In this document: in pieces, positions 54,001-63,000 of the stretch | How positions within the stretch are numbered: the first letter of the stretch is position 1 | Layout of the letters: each line of letters opens with the position of its first letter | Program-made: the position numbers and the translations under genes | The notes under the pieces: model-generated | Database searches by the model: none | Told to the model about the DNA's origin: nothing | What the model saw: only the letters and a program-made list of their open reading frames with translations | From: Candidatus Omnitrophota bacterium | GTDB taxonomy: Bacteria > Omnitrophota > Gorgyraeia > Gygaellales > Profunditerraquicolaceae | Reading direction: 5' to 3' | Length of the DNA: 64,000 nt | Assembly: GCA_041662125.1 (NCBI GenBank) | Contig: JBAZTA010000002.1 | Coordinates: 9,064 to 73,063 of the forward strand

Positions 54001-57000
54001 GCAGAAATATGAATATCGTTCCTTTGTTTGGAATAAATTATTGGACGAAAGATCGCAGGGAAGACGCCGCGCGCGGGAGAAATACTAATACGGCTAGTAT
54101 TTTTAATTACGATATTTTTCATCAAATTTCAACATTTTACAGTTTGTTAGGGGCACCTGCGGCGATTTCGGCTTTAAGCGAAGATATGGTGTTGGATAGA
54201 AAGGTTATCCCCGGACATGGTCAGGGAGTTGTATTTTTGCAGCATATTGCTTTTAATGGAACCGGCTCCATTTCCATGATGGACCACGAAAGAAAAGGTA
54301 AATACCATCCTACTGAGAGGGTACTAAATCTATTCGTGAGGGATTTAAAAGACGGCAAGGTTAAAGTTATAAGAGTCAACTTTGGATATGCCGATTATCT
54401 TTATAGCTATATAGATATTGCCGATGATGAAGGAAACACGCAAGTTATATCAGAAGGTATCAGGGATGATTCTATAGCTAGTTCAATGTACTATTCTATT
54501 AGAGGGTTGATAGGTCAATATAGGGTCCCGGGAGTTTTGGATAAGGTGCTCCCGATTCATGAGATAATTGCTGCAGCTGAAAAAAAGAATAGACAAGCGG
54601 TATCGAAATTTCCTCCTGTGATGAAAATTAAATCGAATGATTTTAAATCAGTGAAAAAGTTGCAAAGTGCTATTTGCGTTGTTTATCCCTCATGTGCCGT
54701 TGATGTTAAGGGAGTAAACGGAAATGTCGGCTTAGGTAATAAATGCGCTGTTACCATCCTGTGGCTGTTGGAAGGCAATGCTTGGTTGATGCATAAGGAT
54801 GTTGATACTCTTGTTTCTGTGGGCGACCAGATTGTGATAAGCGCAGGAGATAGTTTAAGGCTTTCTGGCCGGTTCAAATACCTGTCTATAGTACTGAATG
54901 TAGGAAACCCGGAAACTTGGGTCACCTCAATAACTCTTGTAAAAGATTTACCGGATGTTCCTGGGGGGTGTAATATCGCTGGAGAGAACGTGTTTAGAAG
55001 GTTATTACTGTCTTACGACCCAACAGGTATGAGGCAAGGAGTGAACGCGCACTTAGTAAGAATAAATAAGAATACGTCGGTCCCGCATTTTCATGTTAAG
55101 CAGCAGGATGAATTGTATTTAATAATGAGATCTGAAGAGTTTAGCTCGGATAATTGCTCCATCCGGGGAACCCTGGATTTATACCTGCCGAGTAATGATT
55201 TTAATAAGTATGAGCGTATCAGAGTTAAAGCTGAACCGGGAGAAATTATTTATATACCCACAGGAATAGGCCATCAGGCAGATAATATGTGGGCGTTGGT
55301 GATTGCAATTCCCGGATTTATTCCCGGTAATGAAATACCTATAGTACAGGAAAGGTTGCCTGAACTTATCGTGTGCTCTTCTGCGATACGAAAGGATGTT
55401 TTTGATGATTTTATTATTGCTCCATTTACCGGAAAAGAAAAAACGCAAGGTATGGAAGTGTTTAGTTTAATAGAACGTATGAGGGTTGAAGATTATATGG
55501 CGATAATTAGGCCGATTTTACGCACAGAACAGAGTTTCAATAAGAGCCGCGAGCTATCAAAATTAGCTGCTTCAGGAGAGTTGTTTAGGATATTCCCTTT
55601 TCTTGTAATGTTAGCGTCAAAAGAAATGCTGGGTCATCCTGCGGTTTGGGAATTTTTTGATGCGCTTGATAGGATCATGCGTTTGGATGATGAAATATTT
55701 GAAGAGAAAAGAAGATCAACGTATGTTCGGGCAGGAGGAGTGGAAAATGACCTTAAACCATTGGATTTATCAAAGAATGAGATTTTAGCCGTTTTAATAA
55801 AGCGCTTGTGGGCGGATATGAAGGAGCAGGAGAGAGAACTGTTGTTTCTAATGCCGCTTGTTATAGATATAGGTAGATGTGTGAAGCCTCAGGCGCATCC
55901 GGAAATAGCCGCAAGATATTTTATTCCTTTGGTATTAGCAAAGTTGGGCTTTAGTGATACAAAAACTGAATTAGGAGTAAATTTAGCGTTTAGTCATACA
56001 GATATCGGGACTGTGATTACTTCGGAGGCAATTCCTTCAAGGTTAAGCAGGTGGCCTCTTAGTAATCAGCGGGAATTGGATATGCTTACGGTTATTTCCA
56101 TAGCCGATAGAAGTTATGGCGCAAGAGCGGCTGATTTGACGCCTGAATTACTCGATCAGTATTTGATGTGGGGTGACTTTAAGCTAAGAAAAACTATCCT
56201 TCTTGAAGATTGGCATTTAAGAAGGTTAGGGCGTTATCTTGCATTATCTCTCGCGCAAACAAAGGAAAGGTTGACTTTTTTCATGCAACAAGAAGGGGTA
56301 TCTTATGATGATTTGTTGATCTTGGAAAGATTCTTTGGCTGGCAAATCGAATTTATCGACTATGGAGAAGCAGTGTTTAAATATTTAGCCTCACAAGATA
56401 ACAGCGGATTACTTTTAATTAAAGCGTTCTTCATTTTATCAAAGACGGTGGTTGAACTTTTAGAGAATGTTAGTCGTCTTAATTTAGTGAAAGAACGTTC
56501 TCAAATAGAACGTTTAAGCGAGGCAATAGTTCGTGCAGATGTGAATAATCCGCCTGCTTGGCATTTAAAACACTTTGCAGAATACGGGGTTCATCTTAAA
56601 GCGGCAGGAGATAAAATCGTCAATATTATCGCCGCAAGCAGTGCTATCAAAGTCGTTCATGTTTCATACCAGGATCCAAGCCATCTCGCCGGAGGCCAGG
56701 GGGTTGCCGTTTTAAATATATGCGAAGCATTGGTGCTAAAAGGGTATGAAACGGTTTGGATTTCTCCATGCGTTAAGGATGAGTTCCCGGGAGAGTTTCG
56801 ATATCTGGATGGTAAATTAAAAGTTGTAAAGATCAAGTTAGGCGATAACCCCCTTTCGCTTTTCGCAAGCAATGAAGCGACACAGGCGTATAGGGAAATC
56901 TTTGGAGATAAGTTTGTGCAATACATAAAACGTCATTATCATCCCCGGGAATGTTATATCCATCTGCATGGTTTCTTGGAGGAGCCCAGAAGAGCAAAAG

Positions 57001-60000
57001 GTTTAATGGAAAGCGGCTATAATGTTACCTCTACTTTTCACATGTTTCTTTCTCCGAGGTTAGAAGAAACAAGGGAACAACAACCGTTCCTTGCCAGATT
57101 AATAGAATTGGAGCGAGAAGCCATCGCGGCAAATGCAAAAATAATCGTAAACAGTGTAATGATGAAAAGAGAACTCCTAAGATTATGCCCTGATTACATG
57201 GGAGATTTGTTTGTTATCCCTAATGGCGTCGATGAATATCATTTCGAGATGAAAGAATTTCCTCAGAACAAAACACCGATAATATCTACTTACGGCAGGA
57301 TTTCCCCGGAAAAAGGTTTTGATATTTTTATAGAAGCGGCGAAGATTATAACCGAAAGAAGGCGCGCAGATGGTAAGCAGCCGGTTGATTTCTTGTTGTT
57401 CGGTAAGACTGATGATAGTATAGAAATTAGAAGGAAGTATAAGGAGAAATTGGAAAAATCAGCTGCTGGTTTTGATAATATCAGGCTTATTATGACGCCA
57501 GAAGGCGTGTGGGGGGCAAATAGAATAAGGCTTATCGATGAGAGTTGGGTAGGAGTAGTGCCGTCACTCTATGAGCCGTTTGGTTTGGTTTTGACGGAAT
57601 ATATGTCACGAAGAAAAGCTGTAGTAAGCACTTTGACGTATGGGGCAAGAGATATACTGGGAAAAAACAGCTTAGGAGAGAAAGGTATAGAAGAAACACT
57701 GTTTGGCCTGGTGGTAAAAACCGACGCGGTTTTTATTGCTGAAGCTATTGAACAGTTATTGAGTGATACTCGGGGAAGGATAGAGAAAGGCAATGCCGCC
57801 GGAAGAAGAGCCCTGGAGATGTATAGATGGCCAAGGATAATCAAAGACATAATTAAGGTGTATCAAAATCATGCGGCGGATCATACTCGCCCAGGAACTG
57901 GGGGGGATTTGTTTGTTTTGCGTCAAGATATTGAACACCGGTGGAATGAGTTAGTAAACAAGGAATTAGCAGAGAGAGTGGAAAATCAAGGGATACGTGA
58001 GGTTGAAACTACTGGGGATTTGAGTAAAGAAGATGGGATTATATGGTTCCCAAGATTGTTAAAATATAAAGTTTTGGATAAACCGGGTGAAATTGTAGAA
58101 TTGCCGGGTCCTTTAGCGTATCAAGAAGGAGAGTGGTTAGTACAATACAATTTGAGCAGGGGCGTCCCGCGCGGCGAAGGACAGGATAAGGCTCCTGTAG
58201 TGAAAGACCAATGTGTATTTTGCAGAATGGTAGGTAATGCTGATAATAAATTTTTGCTTATTGATTTAGAAGAGTACTTTGGCCTGCCATATAAACTTGT
58301 GGCCGACTCGCGCCCATTCTTTGATAGGCATATGCTTATTTTGGAAAAAGGGCATACAGGAGGTATTACTGTTAAAGGTATGAAAGACCTGTTGTATATA
58401 TTTAACAGATTATTCCCCGGCAGGAGAGGTAACATCGGCACCGGTAATCAAGCCGCGCATTTACATATCCATGTTTATGATATCGCTTTTCCTATTGAGC
58501 GTCAGAAGCGTGAGTGGTTATGGCAGGCTCAAGGAGTTAAAATCGGTTTGTTGGAGAACGGAATTGGTACCGCGGGATTTGTGGTGGAAGGAATTGATGC
58601 CGGTAGCTTGGCAATTAATTCATTTTGGCTTTTGGGCGAATTAGAAGCTTTGGGTTGGCTCATGGTGGTTATGACTGCCCCTCACCAGGTTTACATTATA
58701 CCGCAGAAAAGCAAGGAAATAGGCGATGCCTATCCGCCGATATTAGATGCATTTAAAAAGAACAGGCCAATTGGTATGCGGCCGCGTTATGTTGGCCCGG
58801 TCGAAGTAGCGGGTATTTGGCTTTGTTACAGCCGCGGGGATATCCACGCGATGGAAATAATGTATGAAACAATAGATTTGGAAATATATAAAAATATTTT
58901 GCGGGATACCGGAGTTAACAAAAGTGACCCGGGTGTAATAGATATAATTAATAAAATCTCTGCAAGGCAAGCATCTTCCAGTATTAAAACCGATCAAATT
59001 AAACATTTGCCGATTGATCATTTAATTGACGAAAAATGCATCTTTTTAGAGTTACACTTGACGAACCAATGCAACCAAGATTGTGATTGGTGCAGCTATA
59101 AAGAGGTCAGAAACTTTGAATATATCAAATTCGAAGATTTAGATAACGTGGCTTCTCTATCTCCGGAAGAAATCTTGATTGTTGGCGGAGGAGAGCCTAC
59201 TCTGTATGAAGACGCAGGTAAGGATTTTAATGATGCGGTGTTACGGTTAAGAAAGCTTTTGCCAATGGTAAAAATCAGGCTTATAACCAACGGAACATAC
59301 ATCCCGGAAGGGCTATGGTATAAGGAAATATCAGAAGTCAGCATATCCTTAGATGCGACCACGAGGGAAGATTATTTCAGAACGAAGAAAGTAGATTTAT
59401 TCGTTAAAGTTTGGGATAAGATTAATTGGTATTTCCGGATAAGCCGTATACCCATCGTGAGAGTTACCATGATCTATAATAAAGATAATTTGAGTAATGC
59501 GATTATCTTGGCAAGAAAACTCTGGGAGGTAGTTACAACACAAAAAGAGGGGGCTCCGGCCAATACGTCAACGTTGTGGTTTATGATATTTCCTATGGCA
59601 AATGATAAAAATTTCGCCGCGCCATACGAATCGACCGAATTGAACGATAAAGAGAAAGAAGATTGGAAAGAGAAGCTGGAAGAAATCAAGAAAACAAACT
59701 ATCCTTTTTGGGTTTTCTTAACTCAAAATACTAATCTTGCCACTCAACCATTTCGGAGGCTTTTCGTACGGCCGGCTCACTGGTGTTGGCAGGTTTCAAA
59801 TTATGTGATAGTGGGCGCGGATGGTAATTTCTATCCTTGTTTCGCAGTGTGCGAAACGCATAGAATAAATCATTTAGGATCATTGAACCAAAGCGCCAGA
59901 CAGCTTAGGGATAAGAGGGTGCAAATATTCAGAAATCCTCCTATGGAATGTAGAAAGGGTTGCAGGCCGATTACTACTTTTTACGGGATAAAATCAATGG

Positions 60001-63000
60001 GAGCATTAATTGATAGGTTTAAGCGGGATATTTTACCTATGGATGCCTATGTAATTAGCTTTTTTGACAAACGCGCAGAAAATGTTGAGGTCGCAGGCGG
60101 CAAGGGTAGTAATCTTTATCGGCTGAGCACATTGGCCCATACCAAGAAAGATTTATATATTCCTGAAGGGTACATTTTAACGTCGGAATTATTCTGCGAT
60201 ATGGTTGTGGAACAGGAAGGGCTTAAGGGGAAACTTGTGAAATTGGAAAGTTTATTTGAGGAATCAAAGATGCTTCCCGCGGGTGATAAGGTAAAAATAC
60301 AAAGCCAAATTAAAGAAATCTCAGAAATGATACAGCAGGTAATCTTAAAAATAAGTATACCAGAAGAAATTCAGGACAGGGTATTCATTTTGTTTAAGAT
60401 TCTAGGAGAGAGAGTCGCAGTAAGGAGTTCGGCTAATATTGAGGATGCTAATAATATTTCTTGTGCTGGTCAGGCAAAGACTATTTTAAATGTTATCGAT
60501 GAGGGGCAACTGTTAGAAGCTATTAAGGCAGTATGGGCAAGTTTATATGATTATAGTTTTTTAGTTTATTGTAAGGAAAATAATGTTTTATTAGAGAATA
60601 TAAAAATGTCAGTTATTATTCAGGAAATGGTTGATTCAATTGCCGCGGGGGTTGTCTTGTCTGTTGATGAGCAATCAAAACGTCCCGCTTTTATCATTAA
60701 TGCCAACTTTGGCTTCGGGGAATCGGTAGTGAGGGGGAATATTATCCCCGATAGTTTTCTGGTAGGTCCTGATGCAAAGCACATCTTAGATGTAAAAATA
60801 GGCTCTAAAAATAAAAGAGTCGTGAGTGATGAAAAGGGAGGAATAAAAGAAATAGATGCCGTGGGGCAAGATGTTGTTTCTTTGGATGATACAATGGTCT
60901 TAAGAATAGCTGCTGTTGTTCGGTCTATTAGGGATTATTATAGAGAACGAGGTTTCGCAAAACACGTAGATGTCGAGTTTGCTTTAGAAGAAGGCGCTGT
61001 TAAGGTATATATTCTTCAGTGTCGCCCGGTAACATCACTCCAGAATAGAAAAAGAATAAAAATAAAAACGGCGGTGCACGATTATTGCCCGGAAATCCCT
61101 CGGATAGAATTTCGCTCAGGTGTAATAAGCAACAAAGGTGCTGTGTATGGTAGATTGCAAGTGATCTATGATTCTGAAGGGTACGATAATGTAGAGGAAG
61201 GGGCGATATTGGTTACATCTTTTACCACAAACAGATGGAATGATGCGTTTAGGAAAATAAAAGGCGCTATTTCTGATTTAGGTGATAACGGAAGCCATAC
61301 GGCTATAGCTTCTAGAGAGTCATGGTGCAACGTGCCTTCTTTAGTGGGGACTTCTCATGCAACAGCGCTATTGCGGGAATGGGATGGAAAGATGGTTACT
61401 TTTGATTCGCGTTTGAAAACTGTGTTTCTAGGCTGGTTATCCATAGAAATAAGGGAAATAGATATTTCTTTTTGGGAAGATGACGATGCTTTGGAAACAA
61501 CTCAAGATGATTTTGATGCTGATTCATGGGATCAGCTTAGTAAAAGGCAGAATGCTCGATTAGACTTTGAGGGGGCATGGTTTGCTAAGCCACTAAAAGA
61601 ATACAGTTACTTTCAGCTTAGTTATTATGATAGGGCATTTGACGTTATTTACGAAATACACAAAAGATTTAATTGGCCAAATAATGCTTTTCAAAACAGG
61701 GATACCGTTATTGAGCCGAGGAAAAGAAAAATCAGAAACGGGATTATTTATGTTGAAATAGATCCTTCTCAAATAATTGGAGCGTTGGGTAAGTTTTTCT
61801 TTAGCTTAACGTTGGAGGGTTATGAGTATTTATTGGAGAGAAGATGGGAGTTCTATAAGCAACTGGAAAGTTTTTCCGGTGAATTGCAGGAAATAAACGC
61901 TTCTAACGTAGAAGTAGTCGTCAATATGTTGGTTGATGTTTTGTCTTGGAGTACTATGGTATTTGAATTAGATCATGTTTTCAAATATAGGTTTCTTAAT
62001 CCGCAAAAACGGTGCATTTCTCATGAGGGGGACTGTAATTATCAGGAATTAGCTTCTAAATTCGCTTTACTTAGGTTATTCCCGGAAAGGGCCAGGAGTT
62101 TAATTAAAGAAAAGACAAAGCAACTACGGATAATCGCTGAGATCGTCAATAGAGACCTTGAGGCTAAGGAGATTTTTCAAGCAAATGACAGTGAAGTGTT
62201 TAAAATAGAAAAACCCGAAATTTGTAAAAGAATCAACAGCCTTTCCCGCCAATATAAGCTTAATTCAGAGGATATCAGAATAAGTTGTGATTTTGAGGGG
62301 AACTTTAATCTTGTAGGCGAATATTTGAATAAAAAGATGCCCTTTGAAGAACTTGTTGATTATTGTGAGAGTTATTTTAAGAAAACAGACGCTGGTTTAT
62401 TAAACTCCGCCGTGTGTTCGGAAAAAGAAATTAGTTTGTTGTTAAGCGGTTATCTGCGGATCAATGAAAACCTTAGTGCCCAGGACCGAATATCTGAACG
62501 CATCCCCGGCTTAGTCGATGAAATAAAAACTAAAATTAGGAAAAATGAAAGACATGCGGAAACAGTAATAGATGCGTTAAAAACATATCCCCGCATGGCA
62601 AGAGTACTTGCTATAGGAAAACAGAATGAAATTATTAGAAACGATGCGCACCATATTATATCTCGATATCAGCGAAAAATATGCCCTATGATGTTAGCGG
62701 TGGCGCGAAGGCATAGGCATGTTTTGGGTGATGAATTACATATTTTTGATTTAAGTATAGAAGAATTTGTTGCTTTGTTAAAAGAAAAAGACCCTTCATA
62801 TCTCAAACATACATTTGAGAGAAACAAAAGAATTGAAGTAATTGAAGAAGCGCTGGAAATAACTTGGGAAAAGAATAGAATCCTAGCCGTAGAAAACTAT
62901 GAGAAAGGTCTTCAGGGGGTATTCAATATTTTAGATATGCAATTAAGCCAATCTGCTGAAGTCAATGTTTCGGGGTATTACAATAAATTAAAAGTAAAGT

